Assembly (NCBI RefSeq): GCF_009914755.1
Contig: NC_060938.1
DNA: 64,000 nucleotides
Origin: the human T2T-CHM13v2.0 reference genome, Homo sapiens
Direction: 5' to 3' (one strand)
Positions 31,136 to 45,651 of the stretch are shown here, one piece after another. The stretch's first letter is position 1, and each line of letters begins with the position of its first letter. The position numbers and the translations under genes were made by a program. The notes beneath the pieces were generated by a model. That model worked only from the letters and a program-made list of their open reading frames with translations. It had not been told where the DNA came from and made no database searches.

Positions 31136-32734
31136 CTATACAATTTAGACATAATCTTAGAATAATGTGTGATGTGATGATCAAAAATAAACATCTCAAG
31201 CAATTTTTTATTCAACAGATTCATAATGGCCATCAGCACAAAGATGTTTTATCTGCAGTCAACCAGTCATGTTTCATGATGGCATCAAAATGTGAGTACA
31301 TTTTGTCTATGGGTTCCTGGAAATATGGTACTCTGGTGACCCCATAAAGAGCCAGTGTTTATTCTATAGGTTAGCACATATTCCCTTGGCAAAGACATCC
31401 ACACAGAAGTGAGGTAGCAAGATCTCAAAGTGCAAAAGATAATGAAAGAACAAGACTTGTAGAACACAGCCTTGGATAATACTTAACAGGAGTGGATCAA
31501 AATATGAGGTCAATAAAAGATATTTAAAAAAGATTAGCAAGGAGAATGAAAATCAAGAGAATATGTTGTCATTATACAAAGGGAGAAATAAGAGCATGTA
31601 ATCAACAGAGCCAAGTTAATGGTCATGGATGGTGCGCTTATCATATGATTAAAGAAAACAGCATCTGCCTTCATGGTGAAATATGCTTAAAAAGTGATTA
31701 CATTTTTATTTTAAAAGGTTATATTTCATGTCTTCTTAAATAAAATCTTCTTATATAAAATATTTAACCTGGCTTTCAATATTGGGAAGAATTAGTGTGG
31801 GCGGAAGGAAGTTAAGTGGTGTTCTAAGGGAAAGATGGTGTATCCAAATGTGTACGTATACCCAGAATAGAGAATAGAATGAACACAGAACTAAACATGT
31901 TCTGTCTGTGGACTATAATTTTAATTTCAAACCCCCTTGAAAGGTCCATGAAAGAGAGACGTGCAGTGCGGACTTCAAATATATGACATGTGAACATTTA
32001 TACATAAATATGTATTCATTTATTAGGACAATAAAGAATTTTATTTCTTTCTTTTTTCATAAATTATACTTTAAGTTCTGGGATACATGTGCAGAATGTG
32101 CAGGTTTGTTACATAGGTACACATGTGCCATGGTGGTTTGCTGCACCCATCAACCAGTCATCTATATCAGGTATTTCTCCTAATGCCATCCCTCCCCTTG
32201 CCCTTGACGCCCCCTGACAGGCCTTAGTGTGTGATGTTCCCCTCCCTGTGCCCATGTATTCACATTGTTCAACTCCCACTTATGAGTCAGAGCATGCGCT
32301 GTTCAGTTTTCTGTTCCTGTGTTAGTTTGCTGAGAATGATGGTTTCCAGTTTCATCCATATCCCTGCAAAGGACATGAACTCATTCTTTTATTTTTATGG
32401 CTGCATAGTATTCCATGGTGTATATGTGGCACATTTGCTTTATCCAGTCTGTCATTCATGGGCATTTGGGTTGGTTCCAAGTCTTTGCTATTGTAAATAG
32501 TGTTGCAGTAAATGTACATGTGCATGTGTCTTTATAGTAGAATAATTTATAATCCTCTGGGTATATACTCAGTAACGGGATTGCTGGGTCAAATGGTATT
32601 TCTGGTTCTAGATCCTCGAGGAATCACCACACTGTCTTCCTCAATGGATGAACTAATTTACACTCCCATCAACAGTGTAAAAGCGTTCCTGTTTCTCCAC
32701 ATATTCTCCAGCATCTGTTGTTTCGTGACTTTTT

Positions 32735-34028
32735 TTTTTTGCTTAATCTTTGTAATTTTTCAATTTGAAATTTCTTTTTTTATTATTATACTTTAAGTTC
32801 TAGGGTATATGTGCACAATGTGCAGGTTTGTTACATATGTATACATGTACCATGTTGGTGTGCTGCACCCATTAACTCGTCATTTACATAAGGTATATCT
32901 TCTAATGCTATCACTCCCCCCTCCCCCCACCCCACAACAGGCCCTGGTGTGTGATGCTTCCCATCCTGTGTACAAGTGTTCTCATTGTTCATTTCCCACC
33001 TACAAGTGAGAACATGCAGTGTTTGGTTTTCTGTCCTTGCGATAGTTTGCTCAGAAGGATGGTTTCCAGCTTCATCCATGTCCCTACAAAGGACATGAAC
33101 TCATCCTTTTTAATGGCTGCATAGTATTCCATGGTGTATATGTGCCACATTTTCTTAATCCAGTCTATCATTGATGGAAATTTGGGTTGGTTCCAAGTCT
33201 TTGCTATTGTGAACATTGCCACAATAAATATATGTGTGCATGTGTCTTTATAGCAGCGTGATTTATAGTCCTTTGGGTATATACCCAGTATTGGGATGGC
33301 TGGGTCAAATGGTATTTCTAGTTCTAGATCCTTGAGGAATTTCCACACTGTCTTCCACAATGGTTGAACTAGTGTAAAAGTGTTCCTATTTCTCCACATC
33401 CTCTCCAGCACCTGTTGTTTCCTGACTTTAATAATCGCCATTCTAACTGGTGCAAGATGGTATCTCATTGTGGTTTTGATTTGCATTTCTCTGATGGCCA
33501 GTGATAATGAGCATTTTTTCATGTGTCTGTTGTCTGCATAAATGTCTTCTTTTGAGGAGTGTCTGTTCATATCCTTTTCCCACTTTTTGATGGTGTTGTT
33601 TGTTTTTTTCTTGTAAATTTGTTTGAGTTCATTGTAGATTCTGGATATTAGCCCTTTGTAGATTGCAAAAATTTTCTCCCATTCTGTAGGTTGCCTGTTC
33701 ACTCTGATGATAGTTTCTTTTGCTGTGCAGAAGCTCTTTAGTTTAATTAGATCCCATTTGTCAATTTTGGCTTTTGTTGCCATTGCTTTTTGTGTTTTAG
33801 ACATGAAGTCCTTGCCCATGCCTGTGTCCTGAATGGTATTGCCCAGGTTTTCTTCTAGGGTTTTTATTGTTTTAGGTCTAATATTTAAGTCTTTAATCCA
33901 TCTTGAATTAATTTTAGTATAAGGTGTAAGGGAGGGATCCAGTTTCAGCTTTCTACATATGGCTAGCCAGTTTTCCCAGCACCATTCATTAAATAGGGAA
34001 CCCTTTCCCCATTCCTTGTTTTTTGTCA
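32735..34028 (-). mobile_element. Nested 5'-truncated LINE-1 (L1PA5/6-like) with short 3' extension
   Basis: A second 3'UTR and a 276-aa ORF2 C-terminus. TSD gtttc(g/c)tgacttttt at 32720-32734 and 34029-34043; the host L1 resumes after it. Confidence 0.95.
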
Positions 34029-34636
34029 GTTTCCTGACTTTTTAATGATCACCATTCTAAATGGCATGAGATGGTATCTCATTGTGGTTTTGATTTGCAT
34101 TTCTCTAATGACCAGTGATGATGAGCTTTTTTTCATATGTTTGTTGGCTGCATAAATGTTTTCTTTTGAAAAGTATCTGTTTATAAACTTTGGCCATTTT
34201 TTGAGGGAGTCGTTTTTTTTTTCTTGTAAATTTGTTTATGTTCCTTGTAGATTCTTGATATTAGCCGTTTGTCAGATGTATACATTGCACAAGTTTTTTT
34301 CCCATTCTGTAAGTTGCCTGTTCACTCTGATGATAGATTCTTTTGCTATGCAGAAGCTCTTTAGTTGAATTACATCCCATTTGTCAATTTTGGCTTTTGT
34401 TGCAATTGCTATTGGTGTTTAGGTCATGAAATCTTTGGCCATGCCTATGTCCTGAATGGTATTGCCTAGGTTTTCACCTAGGGTTTTTATAGTTTTAGGT
34501 CTTAGGTTTAAATCTTTAATCCATCTTGAGTTAATTTTTGTATAAAGTGTAAGGAAGGGGTCCAGTTTCAGTTCTCTGCATATGGCTAGACAATTTTCCC
34601 AACATAATTTATTAAACAGGGAATCCTTCCCCCATT

Positions 34637-34694
34637 GTGTGGGAATCCATTCCCACACGAGCAACGTGTGGGAATCCATTCCCACACAAGCAAT
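34637..34694. repeat. Two 29-bp tandem units, each containing a 10-bp-stem hairpin
   Basis: gtgtgggaat-cc-attcccacac-(g/a)agcaa(c/t), twice. Confidence 0.92.
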
Positions 34695-36229
34695 GTGTGG
34701 TGTTATTTCTGAGGCCTCTGTTCTGTTCCAATGGTGTATATATCTGTTTTGTTACGAGTACCATGCTGTTTTGGTTACTGTAGCCTTGTAGTATAGTTTG
34801 AAGTCAGGTAGCGTGATGCCTCCAGCTTTGTTCCTTTTAAGTAGGATTGTCTTGACAATATGGGCTCTGTTGTGGTTCCATATGAAATTTAAAGTAGTTT
34901 TTTCTAATTCTGTGAAGAAAGCCAATGGTAACTTGATGGGAATAGCATTGAATCTATAAATTACTTTGGGCATGATGGCCATTTTCATAATATTGATTCT
35001 TCCTATCCATGAGCATTTTCCATTTGTTTGTGTCCTCTCTTACTTACTTCCTTCAGCAGTGGTTTGTAGTTCTCCTTCATGAGGTCCTCCACATCCCTTG
35101 TAAGTTGTATTCCTAGGTATTTTATTCTGTTTGTAGCAATTGTGAATGGGTGTTTGCTCATGAGTTGGCTCTCTATTATTGGTGTATAGGAATGCTTGTG
35201 ATTTTCGCACATTGATTTTGTATCCTGAGACTTTGCTGAGGTTGCTTATCAGCTTAAGGAGTTTTTGAGCTGAGATGATGGTGTTTTCTAAATATACAAT
35301 CATGTCATCTGCAAACAGAGACAATTTGACCTCCTCTCTTCCTATTTGAATACACTTTATTTCTTCTTGCCTGATTGCCCTGGCCAGAAATTCCAATACT
35401 ATGTTTAATAGGAGTGGTGAGAGATGGCATCCTTGTCTTGTGCTGGTTTTAAAAGGGATTACTTCCAGCTTTTGTCCATTGATATTCCATCAATATCTAG
35501 TTTATTGGGTGTTTTTAGCATGAAGGGGTGTTCAATTTTATTGAAGGTCTTTTCTGCATCTATTGAGATAATCATGTGGTTTTTGTCCTAGGTTCTGTTT
35601 GTGTGACAGGATTACATTTATTGATTTGCATATATTGAACCAGCCTTGCATCCCTGGGAAGAAGCTGTCTTTATCGTGGTGGATAAGCTTTTTGTTATGC
35701 TGCTGGATTTGGTTTTCCAGTATTTTCTTGAGGATTTTTGCATCGATCTTCATCAGGGATATTGGCCTGAAATTTTCTTTTTTTGTTGTGTCTTTGCCAG
35801 GTTTTGGTATCAAGATGATGCTGGCCTCATAAAATGAATTAGGGAGGAGTCCTTCTTTTTATATATTTTTGGAAAGTTTCAGAAGGAATGGTACCAGGTC
35901 CTCTTTGTACCTGTGGTAGAATTTGGCTGTGAATCTGTCTCATCCTGGGTTTTTTTTTTTATTGGTAGGCTATTAATGGCTTCCTCAATTTCAGAACCCA
36001 TTATTGGTCTATTCAAGGATTCGACCTCTCCTGATTTATTCTTGGGAGGTTGTATGTGCCCAGAAATTTATCAATTTCTTCTGTTTTTCTAGTTTATTTG
36101 GGTAGAGGTATTTATAGTATTATTTGCTGGTAGTTTGTAGTTCTGTGGTTTCAGTGGTGATCTCTCCTTTATCATTTCTTACTGTGTCTATTTGATTCTT
36201 CTCTCTTTTCTTCTTTGTTAATCTGGCTA

Positions 36230-36328
<99 letters not shown>

Positions 36329-39300
36329 TTAGTTATTTCTTGTCTTCTGCTAACTTTTGAATTTGTTTGCTCTTGCTTCTTTAGTTCTTTTAATTGTGAT
36401 GTTAGGGTGTCAATTTTATATATTTCCCACTTTCTTTTGTGGGCAGTTAGTGCTATAAATTTCCCTCTAAACACTGTTTTAGCTGTGTCCCAGAGATTCT
36501 GGTATGTTGTGTCTTTGTTTTCATTGGATGCGAAGAAGTTACTTTTTTTCTGCCTCAATTTCATTATTTACCCAGTAGTCATGCAGGAGCAGGTTGTTCA
36601 ATTTCCATGTAGTTGTGGGGTTTTGAGTGAGTTTCTTAATCCTGAGTTCTAATTTGATTGCACTGTGATTTGAGAGATTGTTTGTTATGATTTCTGTTCT
36701 TTCGCATTTGCTGAGGAGTGTTTTACTTCCAATTATGTGGTCAATTTTAGAATAAGTGCTATGTGGTACTGAGAAGAATGTATTTTATGTTAATTTGGGG
36801 TGGAGAGTTCTGTAGTTGTCTATTAGTTCTGCTTAGTCCAGAGCTGAGTTCAAGACCTGAATATCCTTGTTAATTTTCTGTCTCATTGATCTGTCTAATA
36901 TTGACAGTGGGGTGTTAAAGTCTCCCACTATTATTGTGTGGGAGCCTAAGTCTCTTTGTAGGTCTCTAAGAACTTGCTTTATGAATCTAGGTGCTCCTGT
37001 ATTGGGTGCATATATATTTAGAACAGTCAGCACTTCTTGTTGCATTGATCCCTTCACCATTATGTAATGCCCTTCTTTGTCTTTTTTGATCTTTGTTGTT
37101 TTAAAGTCTGTTTTATCAGAGAGTAGGATTGCAACCCCTGCCTTCCTTTTTTCTTTCCATTTGCTTTGTAAATATTCCTGCATCCCTTTATTTTTAGCCT
37201 ATGTGTGTCTTTACACATGAGATGGGTCTCCTGAATACAGCACACCTATGGGTCTTGACTGTTTAATCTGATTTGCCAGTCTCTGTCTTTTAATTGGGCA
37301 TTTAGCCCATTCACATTTAAGTTTAATATTGTTATGTGTGAATTTGATCCTGTCATTATGATGTTCACTGGTTATTTTGCCCGTTAGTTGATGCAGTTCC
37401 TTCATAGTGTCAATGGTCTTTACATTTTGATTTGTTTTTGCAGTGGCTGGTACCAGTTTTTCCTTTCCATATTTAGGGCTTCCTTCAGGAGCTCTCATAA
37501 GACAGGTCTGGTGGTCACAAAATCCCTCAGCATTTGCCTCTCTGTAAAGGATTTTATTTCTCCTCCACTTATAAAGCTTAGTTTGGCTGGATATAAAATT
37601 CTGGGTTGAAAATTCTTTTCTTTAAAAATGTTGAATATTCGCCTCCACTTTCTTCTGGCTAGTAGGGTTTCTTCAGAGAGATTGCTGCTAACATTTGATT
37701 GGCTTCCCTTTGTTGGTAACCCGACCTTTCTTACTGGCTGCCCTTAACATTTTTTACTTCATTTCAACCTTGGTGAATCTGATGATTATGTGTCTTGGGG
37801 TTGCTCTTCTCAAAAAATATCTTTGTGGTCTTCTCTTTATTTCCTGAATTTGGATGTTGACCTGTATTGCTAGGTTGGGGAAGTTCTGCTGTGTAATTTC
37901 CTGAAGAGTGTTTTCCAACTTGGTTCCATTCTCCCCATCACTTTCAGGCACACCAATCAAATGTAGGTTTGGTCTTTTCACATAGTCCCCTATTTCTTGG
38001 AGGCTTTGTTTGTTCCTTTTCATTCTTTTTTCTCTAATCTTGTCTTCATGCTTGATTTCATTAAGTTGATCTTCAATCTCTGATGTCCTTTTTCCACTTG
38101 ATCTATTCGGCTATTGATACTTGTGTATGCTTCACAAAGTTCTCCTCCTGTGTTTTTCAGCTCCATCAGGTAATTTAGGCTCTTCTGTAAACTGGTTACT
38201 CTTGTTAGCAATTCCTCTAACCTTTTATCAAGGTTCTTAGCTTCCTTGCATTTGGTTAGAACTTGCTCCTTTAGCTCAGAGGAGTTTATTACCCATCTTC
38301 TAAATAAAGCCTACTTCTGTCAATTTGTCAAACTCATTCTCCAACCAGTTTTGTCCCTTGCTGGCGAGGAGCTGTGATCCTTTGCAGGAGAAGAGGCATT
38401 CTGGGTTTTGGCATTTTCAGCCTTTTTGCACTGGTTTTTCCTCATCTTCCTTGGATTTATTTACCTTTGGTCTTTGCTGTTGGTGACCTTTGGATGAAGT
38501 TTTTGCTTGGTCATTTTTTTTAAAGTTGATTCTATTGCTTTCTGTTTGTTAGTTTCCCTTCTAACATTCAGGCCCCTCTTCTGCAGGTGTGCTGGAGTTT
38601 GCTGGGGGTCCACTCTAGATCCTGTTTGCCTGAGTATCACCAGCGGACACTGTAGAACAGCAAAGATTGCTGCCTGCTCCTTCCTCTGGAAGCTTCGTCC
38701 CAGAGGGGCACCTGCAAGATGCCAACCAGAGCTCTCCTGTATGAGTTGTCTGTTGACCCCTGCTGGGAGGTGTCTCCCTTTCAGGAGGCTCAGGGGTCAG
38801 GGACCCACTTGAGGAGGCAGTCTGTCCCTTAGCAGAGCTTAAATGTTGTGCTGGAAGATCTGCTTCTGTCTTCAGAGCCAGCAGGCAGGAATATTTAAGT
38901 CCACTGAAGCTGTGCCCACAGCAGCCCCTTCCCCCAGGTCCCAGGGAGATGATGGGAGTTTTATCTATAACCTCCTAACTGGGACTGCTGCCTTTCTTTC
39001 AGAGATGCCCTACCCAGAGAGGAGGAATCTAGAGAGAGTCTGCCTAATTTGGCTTTGCTGCGCTGCAATGGGCTCCCTCCAGTCCAAAGTTCCTGGAGGC
39101 TTTGTTTACATTGTGAGGGAAAAACCGCTTACTCAAGCCTCAGTAATGGCAGACGCCCCTCCCCCCATCAAGCTCCAATGTCCCAGGTCAACTTCAGACT
39201 GTTGTGCTGGCAGCGAGAATTTCAAGTCAGTGGATCTTAGCTTGCTTGGCTCTGTGGGGTTGGAATCTGCTTAACAAGACCACTTGGCTACCTGGCTTCA

Positions 39301-39769
39301 GCCCCCTTTCCAGGGGAGTGAGTGGTTCTGTCTCACTTGCGTTCCAGGCACCACACAATTGGAAATGTAGAAATTACCTGCCTTCTGCGTTGGTCTCCCT
39401 GGGCGCTGCAGACTGGGGCTGTTCCTCTTCAGCCATCTTGCAGGGAATCACAATAAAGAATTTTTAAAAGGAAGAGAAAAGCAATCATCACTATTTTGGT
39501 TTTGTTTTGTTTTAGGAGTAACTGACTACTGAACAGTACTGCATGTTTCTGAGGTTCCTCTGTTATTCCTGTAGTTCACTACCTCTGCATCCTCCCCAGG
39601 ACAAGAAATTCATTTTCCTTATTGTACTGTGTTATGCCAAGAATATTACTATTGTTCGGTGAATATAAAATAATCATTATAGCAACAATTTTTTTGGCGT
39701 CCTAAATAAGGCTGATCCATGGCAACGGTACTATGCAAAGAAAAGAATAAAGTCAAAACACTTGTAAAA

Positions 39770-39960
39770 CCTTTTACTTATTGGTATCAGACATCTGTTA
39801 TTTTATTAATCCTCACAATGTCTTTTAAAGGTTTTGTTATTTGTATCTACAATCCGGGGAGAAGAAACTGAAGTACAGAGGGGCAAAACGATTGTTACCT
39901 AGTTGAATGACAAATTAGATGAGAATCCAATATCCACAAGGTGTTAGGCCCTGGAAACAT
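39770..39960 (-). mobile_element. MIR fragment
   Basis: ttaatcctcacaa...gaagaaactgaagtacagaggg. Confidence 0.55.
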
Positions 39961-42139
39961 TAATCTCATGTATTATTAGCTATTCTCACATACATATAAG
40001 CGATCTTTCAAATGAAAAGGAAACATAACCAAGAATAAAAATACATTTTTTTTTGTTTTCAAAGAGCTATCAATTTCAATTAAAAACCCTGACATGAAAT
40101 GTCTTAATGTACCTGTTACTCAGTACCAAAAAAAAGTAAAGAAAAATTTAGTAGTCTAAGAATTAGAACAAGAGATAAGATGGTCCTGGGATGATTCCAG
40201 TACGTTTTGTTTATCTACAGGAGATTATCTGCTTTGCGAATATTCATGACTAATTTTGAATCTTAGAGCTGTATTGCCCCACTGCCTGGTTAGCTTTGAG
40301 GCCCTTTCCTCCCACTACCCAGCTGGTGTGTGCTCAGGGAAGACAAACTCTTTTAATACCAATCCAAGCAAAACACAATTAGGAAAGCAAATGTGTTGGG
40401 AAAATAACAATATCATGGATTACAAAGCCAAATAAGAAAGATTTGAATGTCACCTACCCTTTGAAGTATTGAACTATTGTTTCTACGTGATGCTTAGGCA
40501 ATTGAATTGGGCCAGTCATATCACAAAGAGGTCTTTAATCCGTAAGAGGGTCCCCCTCCTTGTTTGTTTTGCTCAGAATAATTGAATTGGAGAGTTTGGC
40601 TCTGTCAGAGAAGTAGCCACAAGCCTGATTCTTTTGCAATGACCTGCAGATAATTCCAGAAAAAAATTGAACCATCTACCAGGAAAAGCTATGGCCATAA
40701 CTTAAAAATCACATTTCTCTTCCTTGTTGAAAATACCCAGATCTCAAGATGATCTTATAACTACATCTGAAAGGCTGTTGAGCCCCCATCCTCATCAGAG
40801 TTCATCTCTTCCAATGCATGCACATGTGCAGTCCATCTGCCAGGCATGAAGTAAATATAAAATTGACCTTCTTCAGAAAAGAAGGAAGACCCAGGTTTGA
40901 ATTATTTTCTTCATGTTTACATAAACTTTTGAAAGGCAAGATGATTAAATAGCACTTCCTGGATAGGATAGAGATATATGTTTGTAGTTTCCATTGGTTA
41001 GCTAGTATACATAAATATCATTCTTAAAAAGAAATCAAATTCTAACGCATTCATGAATATCATGCCCATTTCCATATGACAGAAAGCTTTCAGCAGAGTT
41101 GCATCATCCAAATGATTCAGCTCCTTACAAATTAATGATTTGCACATACAGGTGTTTGGATAAAATACAAATTTCCAGAAGGTTTCCATTATGCAAGAGT
41201 ACCAATATTAAAAATGCTCTGTAGAAATTAGGAAAACAAACACGCTCATTGCTAGAAATTAAACTCTGAACCCTATTGTAATTGTATTAATCATGAAATT
41301 TACCACATTATTTTTGTAAATAAATTGATTCAGATGAATACTTAAAATTTCATCAATAATTTTAGAATATATTTAAATAAGTAATCACTCTTTATATTAC
41401 AGCTTTTCTTTTGCAAGCGAGATACACACTATCACTTAGTGTTCATATTTAAGTTAATGTTTATTTACAAATTACAAGTGACTGTCACAAGTAGAGTTTT
41501 ATTAAATGAGTCTTGTAATGGAAAGGATTTGAATTAAAGCATGTACTGTACTTCTTTATATAGTTTTTTCTTCATTTGCAACAACAAGCCTAGAAATTAA
41601 CATAATTTATTTTTAAGAAATTGATGTTCTTCTGCAGAATAATAACCATTCTCATTTTGACCTATTGAACTAGCTTTCTATTTACAAAAAATAATTAAAT
41701 GTTGGTCAGAATGTGGCATCTTCTGAGGTTTTCTAATCACCAGCATTATCAGTCCAGGCCATTTCTTTGCCAACCCTACATTAATATACTTAACTAATGA
41801 GTTATGAACCTTTAAGAGCCTTCTCCTTCTGCACTAAACTTTCCTAAGAATTACTCCAAATGCTTTCTCATCTTTTCATCTGTGTACCTTTTTCTTGTTC
41901 TATCTCAATCTTTTGTTTTTTATTTATTTATTTTTTTGGTTGCTCAAGGGAACTATCTGGCATTTTAAAAAATTCAAATTAATGATAAAAATTATATCAA
42001 TTTTTATCCCACCAAGTTTATGGAGGTATGCCCACTTTATTTACATTAATTAGAAATCTTCAGTTTTAATTGTAATTTTTAATAGGAAAATGTTCTTTCC
42101 TGCTAAATGTTCTACAAAATTTCACGTCATCTTTAACAG

Positions 42140-42285
42140 CATTGAAGCACAGAATGTAAAAATGGAAAGAACAGAAGATATCAAATTTAACCCTGCTTAT
42201 TTATATATGTGTCAACTGAGGCCCAGAGAAATGAAGAACTATGCATAAAGTCAAACAGCTAATTAGTATTAGACTGGTATGCTAT
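42140..42285 (-). mobile_element. MIR/MIR3 fragment
   Basis: aactgaggcccagagaaatgaagaactatgcataaagtcaaacagctaattagt. Confidence 0.7.
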
Positions 42286-42384
42286 ACAAATATAGATTTA
42301 AAAAAGTATTTCTTATATTGTTAGCCATTAAAGTCATTTGTATATATACAGGCATATGTGCATATAATTGTTTCATTAACTTTG

Positions 42385-42665
42385 CCAATCAAAAATGACT
42401 ATTGTCTCTATGTGATATTGTATCCTGAATGTATCCTGGAACAGAAAGAGGCAATTAATGGAAAAAGTGGTGAAATTTGAATGAAATCTGGTGGTTAGTT
42501 AATAGTTATGCATCAAGGTTCATTTCTTAGTTTTGGCAACTATACTATGGTAATGTAAGGTGTTAACATTTGGGAAAAGTGGGTTAAAATATACAGGAAC
42601 TCTTTGTAATATTTTGCAATTTCTCTGGAAAGCTAAAATTATTTCAAAGTAAAAATTATATTAAA
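42385..42665 (+). mobile_element. Ancient L1 3' end (L1MD/L1ME-like)
   Basis: atcctggaacagaaagaggcaattaatggaaaaagtggtgaaattt...caggaactctttgtaatattttgcaa...aaaattatttcaaagtaaaaa. Confidence 0.8.
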
Positions 42666-42799
42666 ATACTCACTTATAATTCAGGATTATACATAAGGCC
42701 ATTTACTTTAGATACCTAAAAAAAGAAAAAGATTCAGATTCTCTTTATGCACAAACTACCCTTTCATTGTAAGCTGCAATTCTGTTATGTGCCTTACAG

Positions 42800-43230
42800 A
42801 TAGCATAAGTTGAGTTCCTCAGGAAAAAGACTCAGAACAGAGATCTATCTGCAGGAGGATTACTGGGGAGAGCTCTTGGGAATAACATATACTAGGTAGA
42901 AAGGAAAATAGAGTTTGCCAAGGGAAGAGTTAAAATGTAGTAAAGGTGTAACAGAGGCCCCAACACATCTGATGGGGATAGCAGTTCAAAGATATTCCAA
43001 ACAGAGGCAAAAAGAGGCAAGGCCTTTGTACCCACCATGCCCACAAGTCTTTGGGAGTAGGCTATCCCAGGGAAGGGGCAGACTTTGAACAGGCAGCTCT
43101 CTTCAGTCGAGGGCAAATCCTGGGGAGAGACTCAGCTGTGAGCTCTCAGCAGCAACTCTCCTGCAGCTGGAGGAGTGAGCACCTTAGTTTTAAAGAAGGG
43201 ATTTATCTATTGTGCCACAGCATCCACTGA
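42800..43230 (-). mobile_element. LTR16-family ERVL solo LTR
   Basis: aaggcctttgtacccacc, ggcagctctcttcagtcgagggcaaatcctgg, and terminal gccacagcatccac. Confidence 0.75.
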
Positions 43231-43624
43231 AGTGAAGGTAACTCTTGAGCACAATGATTGGTCATAGGATGAATTTAAAATTAGACAAATGTGGCAGTTT
43301 CACTAGGCACAGGTAGTCAAAGTTACATGAGTTTTACTGAAATTTTTCTTGTTCCAAGAAGTTTTCCTCTTGAATTTTTCTTCATGTTTGTACCTGTAAT
43401 TATCTATATATTTCATAACATCTATTCCAAGATGTTAATTATTTGGGTTGAAAAGGAAACAGAAAAGGATTTTTTTTAAGTGTACTTTTTTGGTTATTTA
43501 AAGGATGTGATTTTAGATGTGGGAAATATACACAGGAAGTCCACTGAGTTTGCTTATCTGAATGTATAATAAATTCTTACACCACCCCTATCTTCCACAT
43601 TTGTCTAAGTGAAATTCATCTTCA

Positions 43625-43945
43625 TTTTCATTAAGCATGGCTAAGTTATGTTGTAACAAATCAACCCCAATATCTCGGTGCCTTACCACATCCAACCTTA
43701 CATGTCTAATAAGAGCTAGCAATGGTGCACAGAGGGCCCTATTATCTTGTAGTCCTGGTCTGGAACAGAGAGACTGTAAAACCACTGGAGGAGAGGCAGG
43801 GAGAAATGGAGGCAACACGTCTCTGAAACCAGAAGTGACTCTTCTGCTCATAGTCTAGTGTCTAAAACATGTCACATAGTTTCAACCTAACTGCAGGGGA
43901 AGCTAGGAAATGTAAAGGAATACATGGAGAACCAACAGACTCTGT
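43625..43945 (-). mobile_element. Old MaLR LTR (MLT1J/K-like)
   Basis: ggctaagttatgttgtaacaaatcaaccccaatatctcggtg...gtcacatagtttcaacctaactgcaggggaagctaggaaatgta. Confidence 0.7.
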
Positions 43946-44624
43946 CAAAACTGGCTAGTGAACCTTCTGGAATATTCTCATAGATCGCTCCAACCCAGCA
44001 AAGACAAGACATAATTCGTATTTCAATCTTCTTTATTTCAATACTGGCTAGAGTCTTAGCCATCACAGAAGCTTCTCTGAGCAGAAGAATAAGGTCAATC
44101 TTTGTGCCATATATATTTTTATATTAGCTATATTGGTTAGTGAAGCAACAACTTGAACATTCAGACTGTTAACATTTTTAAGGACACACATAAAAATGCT
44201 TTGGTGAGTTACATAATTATGGGAAGACAGAAATTTCATTTTAAAAATCTTTTGAATCTATTATGGAAATTAGCTTTACAATTATAAAATCCTAGACTTA
44301 AAATATCTAGGCAAGGATATTTTATGTGCTGGTTGCTTTATAAAGATCCACAATGTATTAGGGCAAATAGGACATACAAAAATCATCAGCAAATATCCAA
44401 ACAGAACATCAGTAAAGAGCATTAGAGGGTGAGGCTTTTATACAGAGGCATGTATTTCCTTGCCATATGGTACTGGTTTTTCAGTTAAAATATTTTCCTT
44501 TCTGAGAAAAAAAAGCCTCTCTCTGTTAATGGTAGAGTAAACCTGTTTTTTTTTTTTTTTTTTAATTAGAATTACCATTTGTCATGAATACTGGTCACAG
44601 GAACATGAGTCTTCTTATTAAAGA

Positions 44625-44865
44625 TGTGTAAAGTTATAGTTAAAATTCTGGGCCCTAAAATCACACCACCTGAATAAAGTTACTGGCTCTGTCACTTACT
44701 GTTTCTGGGCAATCAATTAACCTCTCTGTGGCTGAGTTTCTTCATCTATAAAACAGACATAATAGTTTTATCTACCTAACAGTGTTGCTGCAAGAACAAA
44801 ACAGTATTTGTAAAATGTTTATTTCAATGCCTGGCACATAGTAAACTCTGGATTTGCTGTTGTTA
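44625..44865 (+). mobile_element. MIR SINE
   Basis: ggctctgtcacttact...ctgggcaatcaattaacctctctgtggctgagtttcttcatctataaaac...tgcctggcacatagtaa. Confidence 0.85.
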
Positions 44866-45651
44866 TAGCTACTGTTCAACCACTTCTAAAAAACAACAAA
44901 TTAGTTTTATAACAGAGGAAGCCTTTATAATGAACAATTTCAGTCCAATGGAAGATTTATTTTAAAAAATGGCACCAATATACATTTTTGAACGCTAAAA
45001 TAAGTTTTATGAACATTACTCATTTTTTTCCTTTTCTTGTACTTTGTCTTTTCCAACCAGAAAATCATTTCAATGGGAAAATATGTTGACATGTTTGTTT
45101 TATTAGCTAATACATTTTCTCATGTGATATCAGTTCACGGCAAAAGTTAAGGAATAAAAAAAGAAAAGATCTTTCTTCTTTCCACCTACTGAATTCTGCC
45201 TGAACCTCTCCCACTCCCATACACACACCAACACGCCCACTGTTCCACAGCAATATACTGCTTGGCATTCTGGCAGGGAACAGAAAGACAAAGCATCATG
45301 GGAAGAAACGGTTAGAAAAAAATAACTGAAAGATGTGGAAATTTTTATGCTCAGAGGCTCTTGGCAGTCAATGAGAAATAGGAGATTGGAATGGAAACTA
45401 TAAAGGGGTAACTCTAATTTCTTTCCATTCCTCTTTGTGTCTTGCAGTATTCTCTTCTAGCAGTGGAAGGAGGAGACACGATCAAATCATTTATAGCTTT
45501 AGGATCTTCCAGTTGTGCTTCCCTTTACCTGATATCCATAGATACGTTTTCTTGATTCTAAAAATGTATAAGCAAGAAGAACCCCACTTCTAATTGCTAC
45601 TGAGCATTGCCCAGATCTTAGCACCTAAAGTTATAAGCAATCCAGAACACA

